Assembly (NCBI GenBank): GCA_051362555.1
Contig: CM120643.1
Location: 16,682,848-16,746,847 of the forward strand
Source: Lingula anatina
Lineage: Eukaryota; Animalia; Brachiopoda
DNA: 64,000 bases
Direction of reading: 5' to 3'
Shown piece after piece: positions 14,152 through 27,003 of this stretch. A program made the position numbers and the translations under genes. Within the stretch, counting starts at the first letter, position 1; each line of letters opens with the position of its first letter. The notes beneath the pieces are model-generated. The model was given only the letters and a program-made list of their open reading frames with translations, was not told the origin of the DNA and ran no database searches.

Positions 14152-14531
14152 TAATCAAGGGTTGATTGGTCTATTGCTACGCCCCCCCCCCCCCCCACCT
14201 CCACCCCCCTAGAGCTCCAACTGAGACCCTCTTTATATCTAGAATGAATGATTAATTCTTCGTTCTAAATAACGCACTACCAGTACTAGCACTGCGGTAC
14301 CTCGGGTACAAATCAGTGACAAATATTTAAATATAATAGCAACCTTGCTTCAGATCGGCAAAACTAACAAGTGGGTCTGGCCAGCATCACTCAACTTGTT
14401 GGGTTACATCAATCGGCAATCCTCGGCTCATTCCGCAAGCTCCATACTAATTATTGTCGAGTGCGGAGACATCCGAGTAGTTCCGAGTGGGGTTACATAT
14501 GTTGCTATCCCACAATGCATTTTATTTCAAT

Positions 14532-15426
14532 ATGGCTGCCTCCAGATGCACTCGAATATTTTCCGATCATAAACATTTATATGGACAAATTCTGGCACAG
14601 GTTAGTTGATAGTGATGGAATGGAAGCATAAATAGGATATGAAACTGATATTTTTATTTTCTACATATTGACGTCAAGATTTTTTTGTGTTTAAGAAGGA
14701 TCATAATAATTTTGACGAAGCCTGCTCTTGTAGCTATTCACATAGGCAGCCATATATGTGCATCTGTAAGATTAAAACTGAAAGGAGAATCAGAATCCAT
14801 ATCAGGTGAAACGTTTACAAGCTTTTGATGATTTGACGAGTCTCTTGCGCCTGACATCCGGACCGTATACTTTCCCCCTTTATTTTTATAAGGTTTTGTT
14901 GTTTTACTACTATGGTTTACACGCTTTTCTAATAGTTATAAATGGGACTTGAAATTAGGTACACAGATAACCAAATAACTGGGTATGAATAAATCGTTTG
15001 AAATTTAAAGGGAAAGTCCTTGGATTACTTAAATTACATAATAGAAATGCTAATGCACAAATATTCATGCTACAATTGAAGTTAGGTATAGTCTTGATCT
15101 CACAGTACTATCCGTCATATTTTCATGATACCAGAGGCCTGCAGCTGCATGTAGAAGACAGCTCCACACACTGAACAGAATGTTGTGTATGAGTAAGAGC
15201 ACAGGGTGCTTCGGAAAGATGTGCATATCTCACATTACACGTAGCCCCAGACAGTTGCCCCAGTCTTATGCCATTGGCTGCAGTGTCATGCCAACAAGAT
15301 TTAACAGTACAGGGCAAGCTGTGGTAAGATATGAGCAAAATAATATATTTGAAAGAAGGTATTTACATTGTAGTTGTCTAAAATTCATAAAAAGAAAGAT
15401 AAGAAAATTGGTCAACATATAATTAT

Positions 15427-15497
<71 letters not shown>

Positions 15498-18400
15498 CTT
15501 ATAATTTTATACTTCCAGTCTGAAGCTGCAGCCAAAGGAGCAGAAGCAGGGGGGCAGTACATCCCACCTCCCCCTGATGTTGTTCCACCAGATGTCTACG
15601 ACTCCATGTTCCTGAACAAGCTCGGGGAGCCCACACTGCAAAGTTTGGGCCTAGGAAACTGGTACCCTTCTGGGAGGCTACAGACCTTACTGGAGTTCTT
15701 TCATGTCCACCTGGACTTACCATGGTGGGGATCAATTGTGTTGAGTAAGTTTGTGATGGGTCCATTGCTTTCCTCTCTTTTGTTTTTAATTTAAAAGTAA
15801 AGTTTTAGTACTAGCTTTAGGGAGATGTTTGATTGCAAAACCCCAACCAACACACATACATATGCCCATGTACTATAACTTCCTCCTAGTATTTGAGTTA
15901 AGCAGGCAGCACAGTAATTAATAGGATGGATCACTGAGATAATATGAGAAGACAAACCTCTGCTATGTGTATTTAGGATTTTTTAAAGCAAGTAAATTCC
16001 TGTGCTGTTTGTTGTACACCCTGAGTTACAAAGCAGCCAGCCGAGCAGTGAGTGTGACTTTCGTTTATCTATCCATAACTGGTGGAGAATGAGGTGCTGG
16101 TTTAGAGGGAATGACTTTACACAGTAAACTGTAATACTTAGGGTGAGGAGACTGCTCATTATTCAATATGAAAGCCCACATTCAATTTGTTGGAAAGAAT
16201 GACAATTCACAAGCCCACCATCTTTATTCTGAAAGTGACACCCACACTTTCATTTCTCTACTCTCTCCCCCCCCCCCCTTCCACCATCTTCACAGGGGCA
16301 GGGGCAATGTAGAGCAATGTCAGTTTTGTCTGTGCATTGCTACAAAATGTGTCATTAGTGCATTTTAATATTTTTTTCTTACTGTTTTTCAGTGACAACT
16401 ATTGTCAGGCTTTTTATGTTCCCCTTAATGATAATATCCCAGAATAACATGGTAGAAGTTACAAAGCTGGCCCCAGAAACTATGAAACTGCAACAGCAAG
16501 CCAGCAGGGCTAAGTTACAAGGAGATATCATTACAAGTGAGTCTGACTTGGACATGAATGTCCTGATGACAAGTATTAAGATGATTTTCAAGTAGTGTTT
16601 AAGCAAGCATACAAGTCAGCTAAATGTGTTTATAAAAAATAAAACATATGTTCAAATATGTGAGTAGTTATGTGTCTAGAATCCATGCTGGTGGTGGCCT
16701 GGCAGAGAGATTCATTCTTTTCTCGATTTTACAGCCAATTACATTGCTGGACATGAATAATGGGAAAAGTGAATGTTCTTGGTGTCCATGCCCTGTCTAG
16801 TGTCTTTGACAACATTCCTCATCTTCATTTGGAAGTTGAATATGTTATTGATATTGATAAATATGAAGTTGATGGGGTTCACTGAATTGTTAATCACATT
16901 TATATGGTGAAATAAATAAATAAATATCTATAATTGTTTTCCTCTCTTCTCTCATTTGCTTTACTAGGGATGGAGATTGAGCGCAAGCAACAAGAATTAA
17001 ACAGAAATAGTAAAGCCAATCCAAGTAAAGTTATGCTCATCCCAATTTTTCAGGTAAAAAATTGTTTGTATGAAGTGAAATATGTAGAAAAATATATTTA
17101 AGTTTCCTTTTTTTTACAGCCATCACAAGCATCTGTTGACGCTGTTGCCATGCACTTTTGGAGATAATACAAATTTATGCTTTTTCTTCTCATTCTGGCA
17201 TTTTCATTGACTTTTGTGACTTCAAACTCTCTTGGGCCTGAATTCGAAGCCTTCTGCTAGTTATGTATTCTTAAAGGGATAACAGCCGTTCGTAAGATAT
17301 CCATATTTCACAATAAATACATTGTAAATAACTCAAAGAAATATAATTAATTCTATCTTACCACCAAAACGGCGGTAAACACAATTATTCTGAAATTTGT
17401 GCTTGCCATCACACCACATGACCTCCATAGATGTCTAAACTCTGAAATAATCTCAGAAGGAATATTACAAAAAACAAAACTTTTTAGAAAAAAAACAGGA
17501 ACTAACTTTGAAAATGGGAATAGATTCATTTACCATTGGTAAGTATGGGAAAATGTCCTTTACCCCAGGAAAATCCAATTTTTTTCCCGTAATGAACAGT
17601 TGTTATTCCTTTGATATCCATGTTGTCTTTTGTGCATGTAATTTAAAATTTGATGTTGATTTTGCCGTTAAACAGTATATCAGAATTGACAAAATAACCA
17701 GTTTTGTGCATCATGTCTTGCTTTTATGCCTGTACATTTCACAGCTTTGCTGCCTTGTTTGTTATTTATTTATATTTATTTATTGCAAGTGAACGCGTGA
17801 TGGCCTCTGTAATTTATAATAGCACATGTATTTAAAAATATCATTCAGTGCATTTAAGATAATACTTGTCATAATGTTGATTTCATTCATGTGTAATGGT
17901 ATAATGACATTCATGTTCTGTATGATTGTTTTATGTACTGAAATGTTTCAGTTAGTTTTTTTTTAATCCAATATATCTATAATTTTTTACTACTTCAGAT
18001 GAAAATTTAAAAAAATGTGTAAGGCATTCTTTTCATATATTAGAAAAATGTTTGCACACAACTTTTTCAATTACTTAAAAAGTTTTTGAGTGTATCTCTA
18101 TTTTTACTGTATGCATGTTTTCATCAGCACATACTGATGCCAAAGTTACAAGATGAATTATGTACTAATTAGGTCCCATTCCCAAAGACACTCTTGGTTT
18201 TCAATCCAACTCAGTGGGGACTCTTGCTGAATGTGATCAATTTAACAAATTAACACTTCTCCTCCCGGCTTTAAGTAGAATACATAAAAGCTGCTGATTT
18301 TATGAGTATGTTGGAAACAAGAGAAAGCTTGTCATTCAGTTCAGCTGATTGCACTCAGTGAGAGTCCCCACAGAGTTGGATCGATTTAAGTAGAACAGTG

Positions 18401-21239
18401 GTGCCTATGGGAATGGACTGTTAAGTTTTATGGAACTTTAGTGAGAATAACTGTCTATTTCCCTGTTAGGGAGTTGTGTTTGTCTCATGGTTCAAAGGCA
18501 TGAGGGAAATGACCAGTCTCCCCGTGGAGAGTATGAAGGAGGGGGGTTTATGGTGGTTCACAGACCTCACAATGCTGGACCCATACTATGCCCTGCCTGC
18601 CATGACAGCTTTGACACTGCTTCTCATTTTAGAGGTATGTATAAATTTGAACTCATATTATATATCTTACATTATATTTGGACTTATATTGTACATCTTG
18701 TAAGGCTAAAGTTCATTTGTTAATTTGATTAAGGTTACAGTACCTGAATTTTGGATTATAATTCCTGATAATACAAATGGTGGTAGGACTTTCTTATTTT
18801 TATGCAATCATACTTAAGACTAAATTAGTGATATATTTTTTTGTTAAAATTGCAATCCTAGTTACCTAGTACAGCATCTATCAGATAATTTGACATTATC
18901 CTCTGTGTCAGAAAAATTATGCATGATTGCCTAATGACTACAGAATTGATTGACATTGTAGCACACTGAATATTTTGGTATTTTTACAAACTAATAATAT
19001 CTGTTGAAGTCTACCGGGACACCTAAAGTAAGTAACTCTAACACAAGTGAACAATAACTAACCACTGCACTACCTGTGCAGCTCTTTATTATAGTACCAG
19101 TTATGCAAATGACCCAATGCTACAAGTCCAATAAATATGATTGGCTAGTTTACCACTGCATAACCACTGCAATGCAACACTTTACCATAATTGTTTGAGA
19201 TGTTATCACATAGCCATTATGTAAGTTCTACATAATACCTTCTGTTTTATTCTTATTACTTTTTTATTCTAACTCATTTCATTTTAGCTCATTGTCATTT
19301 TAATAACATAATTTATTCATCTGTTATTCATTACACAATATTTCATTTTAACCCCCTAGAGGGCCATGTGTAAGATAAGTGTTGCACTTTACATGTTTTA
19401 CACTCTTTAAATAAAGTTAATTATTATTATGATTATTTAATTTCTGATTCGAATAAGAAATTCCATTATTTTTTGGCAGTTTTTCAAGTAATTTCCTCCT
19501 ACTGTTTTCTCACAGCCCAAAAACATGTCTGTGAAAAGATGATGAGACTGTTCAACATGAATTGAAAGATTTTGTTTTAGTTTGAAGCTTGTAGATTTAG
19601 ACTGCATTCAGAACAGTGGACTAACTAGGCCGCAGGTCAAATATGGGACCCACTAAAAAGCTTGCCATCTGATCCCCTTATAGACACTGAATATATTCCC
19701 TGTGGGGAATATTAGCAGCTTCAGTTCACCATTCCTATTTAATTAAGCAATAATCCCCTTGGAGATGGGTCGACCCTGCTAGATCGAACTAGTTATGAGA
19801 ATGGGGTCTTAAATCAGTTTGTTATTTCTTCCTAGGTTAATATATTGAGTGCCACAAGTGCGATGCCAAGAGCTGCTGCCATGAAAATAGGAATGCGTTG
19901 TTTCCCTGTGCTGGTCTTCTTATTCACCATGAATTTCCCAGCAGTATGTTTATACGGGTCCACTTGCCTCACATTTATTTGTTTATTAATTACAATGACT
20001 CGATCAGTCACTGTTTCCTTAATAATGTCTATTTCATATTTGCCTGTTTGCATCTTTATACATTTGCTCAAGTAGTGAAAATTTTTAATTTGTCAATGAT
20101 AAATGTTACATAATTGATATTAAATGAATTTAGCAAGACAAAAGTGGAGGAGATATATCATAGTGGCCTGCCACAAATTCAAGTTAAATGCCTTTCAGTG
20201 ATTTTCTTAAAACCTTGGAGTGTTGGCATTTTTTAAATTTCAAACTGCTAAAAAAATGCTTTTTTTTATTTGAGTGAATGAGCATGTGCAATATATTTTC
20301 AGGCATTGTCAGTGTACTGGATGACACAGAACATCATCTCATTTGGGCAAACTTTGCTATTAAAAAATGTTAAAGTTAAAAAGATGTTAGGAATGTCCAT
20401 TCCCCCAGATCCACAGGAAGTGTTTAAAGGAGATATGCCACCTGAAGAAAATAAAGGGATTTTAAAGTCTCTCAAAGAATGTGAGTCTTTTCACATGGAG
20501 CGGGAAAGGAGATTTCTCCCCCCCCCCCCCCCCCTCCCCCTTCTTCTTTCTCCTGCTTTTCTCTGGAATGTCAATAAATAGACCAAGAAGAGCTTATTCA
20601 GAATCCTTCATTTACGACAACATAATACATTTTTAATGTTATCATAAATAAAATGAATGCAGATGTTTTGGGGTGAGCATAAAGATGTTTTTAAAGGGGG
20701 ACTAGATGCTTGTTAGGTCAGGGATTTAGCCATTTCTGGACTTGGACTGATCACAGTCAGTAATGCTCAAATGACTGGACTCAAATGACATATGTATACT
20801 ATGACAAGGGTATTCATGGGGAAATTTGAGACCTTCCCAGCCTCATGACTAGTACAGGGTCCTGGAGCAAGGTGGTGGTGCCCATTTTGGATTTAGCTGC
20901 ATGAAGACGGTTACGTATAAGAGAGAAAGAGAGATATTTACTTCCATAACTTTTGTATTATTTATTGTAAAAATAGTGTCAGGCTAATATAAACCTTTTC
21001 ATTATTGTAATCTTTTAGCGTTTTTCCAATCCATTCTCCATTTTACTTTTCCAGCATGGGAACAACAGAAGATGGCAAGGGAAGTATACAAGTCAAGAAA
21101 CATAGACTCAATAACATATGAAGAAGCAAAATTAGGACCCCTAAAAAGGACATTTTCTTACGATCCTACAAAGCCAGGTGCCAAGGAAGCTGCAGAAGAG
21201 AGGGAAAGAAAGTCGCGTCTTCAGAAACGTAGACAATAA
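14532..21239 (+). CDS. OXA1L: Mitochondrial inner membrane insertase OXA1L (Oxa1/YidC family), 9 exons, ~449 aa
   Basis: Exons 14532-14600, 15135-15323, 15519-15744, 16393-16536, 16968-17053, 18470-18634, 19836-19943, 20303-20480, 21055-21239; phases consistent. Presequence-like N-terminus (MAASRCTR...RFNST); motifs LPWWGSI, VRLFMFPL, GGLWWFTDLT.LDPYYALP, VYWMTQN, C-tail GPLKRTFSYDPT. Exons 1-2 are less certain than 3-9. Confidence 0.92.
15430..15496. repeat. (TA)n microsatellite (others at ~24601-24656 and ~57976-58049)
   Basis: Directly visible dinucleotide runs. Confidence 0.95.
17275..17610. mobile_element. Kolobok-like non-autonomous transposon in OXA1L intron 5
   Basis: TTAA|AGGGATAACAGCCGTTC ... 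GAACAGTTGTTATTCCT|TTGA; a diverged, 3'-truncated copy lies at ~58388-58701. Confidence 0.7.
18172..18420. mobile_element. PIF/Harbinger-type MITE
   Basis: TTA|GGTCCCATTCCCA...TGGGAATGGACTG|TTA; internal similarity to 39776-40032. Confidence 0.65.
19600..19808. mobile_element. PIF/Harbinger-type MITE with dissimilar arms
   Basis: TTA|GACTGCATTCAGAACAGTGGACT ... GAGAATGGGGTC|TTA; left arm like 11056, right arm like the GATCGATCT family. Confidence 0.65.
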
Positions 21240-21933
21240 TTGTTAGAGAGACGGTGAAAGATTTTTTTTTTTTTTTTTTTTTATTAAAAGATTACTGCAT
21301 GTTTATTGAAGGACTCCTAAACATCATGTACAGGAAACACAATTTTTAATTGACCTGCAAACTTTGCATGTATTTGAGCAGTCATGTTTTGGAAGACTGT
21401 TATACTCTGATCATGAAGCTGGTTACTGTAAACATTGAAAAGTTTGAAAATATTTTAATTGGTTAACACTGAAATGTGCCCACTTGTAAACCCAACTGCC
21501 CAACTGGCAAGTAGTCCAAGAATTTGGTGCAGAAAAAAGGGTGAATTGTGCATTTTTTACCAACAAGCATGAAATTTGGCACAGTTGTAGATAATGGAAG
21601 AGTATTCTGGAAGACAGCTTGCATTAGGATGAGCAACTTATTGTTATGTTCCGTATCTTTATACAAACATATAAACAAAGGAATAACGTGCTTTGGAAGT
21701 GCTGCTTAGCTTTATTTAGATTCAATATGGCTGACCGACTCAGCTGCGTTCACACAAAGTGATGACGTCATATCAAAACACACAACAAACAGCACATACA
21801 GCTGAGTTTAGGTGAGAGGTGGCTGAAACTGTTCACCGTGACAATATTACATGGAAGATAAGACCGAGGTCCACTTGCTGTTGAAATAAACTACTTTATT
21901 CCATGAAAGTTACACATGCCTCTTGCACTATGC

Positions 21934-22490
21934 TTTTTATGTACAGACACAGATGTGTCTGTACATATAGCCATCATCTGCGTCTGTCGTCGCCGTCGTC
22001 GCTGTCGTGCACTTTTACCGATAACACGATAAGTGGAACACCGTTTTTGCTTTTGGCTTGAAACTTACAGAACTGGTGAATATTCCTAATACGCAGGTCA
22101 AGTTCGAAAATCAGCATGATCGGACCATTTTTAGGGAAGTTATGCAGTTTTTTCACTTTTTTCAGCATATATGCAGCACCGATAACACGATAAGTGGAAA
22201 ACCATTTTACTTTTTGGCTTGAAACTTACAAAACTGATGAATATTCATAATCCGCAGGTCAAGTTCGAAAATCAGCATGATGGGGTCATTTTTAGGGCAG
22301 TTACGCTGTTTTTTCACTTTTCTCAGCATATATGCAACACCGATAACACGATAAGTGAAATAACATTTTACCTTTTGGCTTGAAAGTAACAGAACTGTTG
22401 GATATTCATAATACGCAGGTCAAGTTTGAAAATCAGCATGATCGGGCCTTTATTTTAGAAGTTATGCTGTTTTTTCACATTTCCTCAGAT
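21934..22490 (+). mobile_element. HINE/Helentron-like element with 5' hairpin, (GTC)n microsatellite and ~3 x 161-bp tandem core
   Basis: Hairpin ATGTACAGACAC-agat-GTGTCTGTACAT (21939-21966), then GTCGTCGCCGTCGTC; repeat units start CCGATAACACGATAAGTG at 22018, 22179 and 22340. Confidence 0.7.
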
Positions 22491-22875
22491 TCAATTATTA
22501 GGCATGTTAACAGTCTCATTATTTAACTAATAAGATACGTAAAAGTGTTTGTTTGATATTTCCTGCATCTTTACAACATTGTTAATTGATTGTGTAAAAA
22601 TGATGGTAAACTTGTTATCGTGTATTGTGTAATAAACTGTCAAAAATGGTAATAAACTCATCATTGCAGTTTGTCAGATTCAATCATCCACTATGTTCAG
22701 AATCTCAGAATGGAGGAAATTGGACATTAAACACTGTTCTTTTGATATTTTTCCCATCTCATCAATTTTCTTAGTTGGTCATATAAAAATGGCAACAAAC
22801 TGTTTATTTTGTTTTATGTTTAAAAAATGTTAAAAATGGAAATAAACCCATTTCAGAACAGTGCTGTCTTGTTTA

Positions 22876-23900
22876 CATTTTGGCATTTTTAAGATGTGAC
22901 TTTGAAATTTGCTAATCACATTTTCTGAATATTCATGATACTAATATTTTATGATTAAAAATTGATGGTCATTATGCTGTTAAACATTATGTAATATTGC
23001 ATCAAAACTTAAAGAAACCCCTATTTTGGGCACTGCTCCCATGATGACCATTTAAGAAAAACCATGTCACTTACTGTTTTCAAACTTACAAGGAAAGAAA
23101 CATAGGGCTAAAATACAGCTTCAGTAGGCAATGCAGTCTGTTTGGTAATTTTTTTCTGGCAGTTAAACAGTTTTTTGTGAAAATTTAATTTTTCACATAT
23201 TGGCATTTTCAAGGTGTGACTTTGAAGTTCCATGAGCCTGCAGACCTTTGCTAGTCACGTTTTCTGAATGTTCATGTTACTAATATTCTATTATTAAAAA
23301 TTGATGGTCATTATGCTGTTAAACATTATGTAATACTGCATCAAAATTTGAAGAAACCCCTATTTTGGGCACTGCTCGCATGATGACCATTTAAGAAAAA
23401 CCATGTCACTTACTGTTTTCAAACTTATAGGAAAGAAACATGGGGCTAAAATACAGCTTCAGTAGGCAATGCAGTCTGTTTTCTTAATTTTTTCTGGCAG
23501 TTAAACAGTTTTTTGTGAAAATTTAATTTTTCACTTATTGGCATTTTCAAGGTGTGACTTTGAAGTTCCATGATCCTGAAGACCTTTGCTTGTCACGTTT
23601 TCTGAATGTCCATGTTACTAATATTCTATTATTAAAAATTGATGGTCATTATGCTATTAAGCATTATGTAATATTGCATCAAAATAGAAGAAAACACAAT
23701 TTTTGGTGCTGCTGCTATGATGAGCATTATGGGAAAACCGTGTTATGACTGTCAAACCTTTAAAAAAGAAACACAGGACTAAAATGCAGAATGAGTTGGA
23801 AAAGCAGTCTAATTGGCTTCTTTTTCTGGAAGTTATACATTTGAGTGAAATATTCATTATCTTTTTGGCATATTCATTGTGGGACTCGGAGCTCCCATGG
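22876..23900. repeat. ~338-bp tandem repeat, ~3 copies, with diverged monomers to ~25480 and at ~17190-17760
   Basis: TGGCATTTTCAAGGTGTGACTTTGAAGTTCCATGA at 23201 and 23539; AAAATTGATGGTCATTATGCT recurs three times. Confidence 0.85.
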
Positions 23901-24597
23901 ACATGAAGCCGAATGGTAATCAAATTTTCTACATGTCCATGCTATTTATTGTCAATAATCAAAGATTGGTGATAATTATTCTATAATTTATTATGTAATG
24001 TTACATCAAAATTGACAACTATTTTTGCATTGCTACTGCAAACATTATGAAAAGAAAACTGTGTTACTTATTATTATTATTTTTAACTTACAAGTATGAT
24101 TTTTAGGATTGGCATGCAGTTCAAATTAGAAAGCCAGGTCAATTGGGTTATCATTTATTATTGAATTTATGCAATTTTGTGTGAAATTTTCATTTTTCTC
24201 ATTCTGGCACTTTCTAAGTATAAACTTGAACTCTGATGGGCCTGAAGCCTTATGCTTTTACTTTCGTCGTTGTGCATAATTAAAATTTGATGTTGACTGT
24301 GCAGTAAAACATAATGTATTATTGCATCAGAATTGGTAGTCTCCTATTTTGTGCATTATTGTTTTGTGCTTTTCTTAAGATGTGACTTATGGGCCTGAAA
24401 GACCTTTGAGAGGGTCAGTCTGTTAATATCCCTTGGGTATCACTTAGCTAATTTCTGAGTTATAAAGTCATTCGCCTAATTGATAGGCCATTAAAGGAGA
24501 TTACATAAAGCACACTTGTTGATATTTCCTTGTAAACTCCCAAAAGTTAAGCTCTCTGCTAGATTAATAATAAGGAAGCAGTGATAATTATGCAGGT

Positions 24598-24658
<61 letters not shown>

Positions 24659-24700
24659 CAAAGATTAAAAGTTTGAATGACAGCTTCATTGAAATTATAT

Positions 24701-24922
24701 TTACCTCAGGCTCTGCCTAGGAGGTTATATTTTCACCCCTGTTTGTCTGTCATCAACATAACTCAAAAAGTTATGGACTGATTTTGCTGAAATTTTCAGG
24801 AACTGTCAGAATTGGGCCAAAGAGGACAATGATTAGTTTTTAGTGGTGGTCTGGCTCAATAATCAACAATAATCAACAATTGCTGCCTTGGCAGAGGTCT
24901 GCACTCTCGGTGGTTTTCTAGT
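24701..24922 (+). mobile_element. HINE-like element, second copy of the 13921 family
   Basis: TTACCTC...GGAGGTTATATTTTCACCCCTGTTTGTCTGTC ... GCCTTGGCAGAGGTCTGCACTCTCGG..TTTTCTAGT. Confidence 0.7.
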
Positions 24923-26345
24923 TTTGTTAGGTTTTCCTTTACAATTTTTTCTCAAACACTTGCATTTGTGACTTTTAACTCTCATCCGCTCGAGGCTCTG
25001 CACATTTTCTGTATTTCCACTTAAGCAATTGTATTTTTTTTTATGTCTTTAAACATTATATAAAATTATTTTATGCACTGTCATCATTTTTCAAATATTG
25101 AGACTTTTATCATGTGACTATAGTCTCTCATGGTCCTGAAACTGTAATCTTATTGAAGGGGTGGATTGAGACCATCTTCTGGGTCTTCTTGAAGACAGGT
25201 TATTAAGTTTATATTGACTGGTATCTATTTTTTTCTGTTGGAAGACCATCAAAATGGAGGATGGATCAACATAGATACTTTGGAATACTGTCAGAAAATA
25301 TCTCAGGGTCCGCTCCTGTTATTGACCATGTTACCTGTTGTGCATGATTAAAATTCAGTGTTGACTGACAGTGCTATTATAAGCATTATTTATTATTGCA
25401 TCAAAATTGACAAAATGACCTTTTTTTGCATCTTTATTTTCTGTTTTTTTGTCTGTACATTTGACAGCTTTGCTGCCTTGTTTACCCTACAATCCTTATG
25501 TCAGTAGAAAGTTTTTTTTTAAATAGTTACCAACATATCTGGTGCTGCACCAATGAAAGGCAAATGCAGTTTACTATATAATAAAAAGACAACCTGAACA
25601 CATTTAAAAATGGAATAAAAGTTTATTTGTACAGAATGTACATTTTTATTTACACACCAGTGGAGATAGTTGGGGGGAAAAACTACTGGCGATCCTTCTC
25701 TGGACTTGATTAGCTCACCAATAAGACTATCTAATCTCCCAAATCATATCCCCAATTGTAGACATTGGGACAAATGAGACAGTAGAATTACACGGACCAG
25801 TTGGTGTGTGTTCAATGTGTCTGATTACAGACTGAGACCATCTAGGTAACCAATGACACTTGTTGATGCCCAAAGCTGAAGGTGAGCGTTCTTCAAAACC
25901 GAACTCCCATTAGATTTGAACTTTGCACTCAGACTCTAGGAAATGTGGAGAGTGGAGGGAGGCATTTCTAAGTCACTGTGATTTCTAAGTCACTTGATGG
26001 TCTAGTTTTACATACAAACACAGAAGTGCTTCTACCAAATTGGTACATGTAATAAAATGCCATGAAAAATGCCCCAGAAGACTGCTTCTGTCCACCCTGT
26101 TCTCCCTCCGTCAGCATTTGCAAACTCCAGTGCTGCTTCTGTTAACAACTATTGAACTGTGTTGTGTCACTCTCTTTAAGTATTAAAACACTTCCACACA
26201 GAACTGAAACCACTCTATTCTAAATTTTCTACCATGAATGTAACCCAGCTTGCTGCATCTTGAGATTGTATTTTTCTCTGCAATTCTCCCTCTCTCCTCT
26301 CCATTTCTATATTAAACAGATGAGATAGTACAGTCTGTTGTGGGG

Positions 26346-26949
26346 TCATTCACTCTTAGCACTGACACCCAGAACTGAAGGGGCTTGTTTGTCCAGGCCA
26401 AGTTTCCTTCCATTGACCACCAAAACTACTGGGCTGTCTACACGTATACTGAGATAGTGGAATGTCTGAAGTCCAAATGTAAAGTAATATACTACATATA
26501 TCTTCAATTAATCTCTCACAAATGAATGTTTTCTATTTCAAATCTTGCGATTTTCATTTACTTTCTAAAGCCTACTTTTTCACATGAACTCCTCCGGCTT
26601 TACATTATTTTCTTCACATACAGTTACGTATATTTTTCTGCACTGTACACATGGAAGTCATACACTCACCGTTTCTTTGCACTATTCCTCATCTAAAGAC
26701 TACACTTATTAAACATATCTGTACTGTACATTTGGAGGCTGTACACTTACCATATCTCCATACTGCACATCTAAAGGCTGCACATAGGGCTCAGGTATAG
26801 AGACTGAGTCTCCTATTTTCACTCCGTAACCAGGCGCTACATTGTACAGAGTCACGGCACAGCAGGTGTCTGCAGAATCAACCATGCAGAATGTGCTGCA
26901 AAGAAACAAGTTGACTGTGAAAATCATAATTTTCTCTTTCTATCCTTGA

Positions 26950-27003
<54 letters not shown>

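Noticed and set aside
25614-25650. Back-to-back AATAAA signals on both strands as a shared OXA1L/TTC5 terminator
   Set aside because: The minus-strand signal plausibly serves TTC5, but OXA1L has nearer candidate signals (~21283, ~21884), and such hexamers are common in AT-rich DNA.
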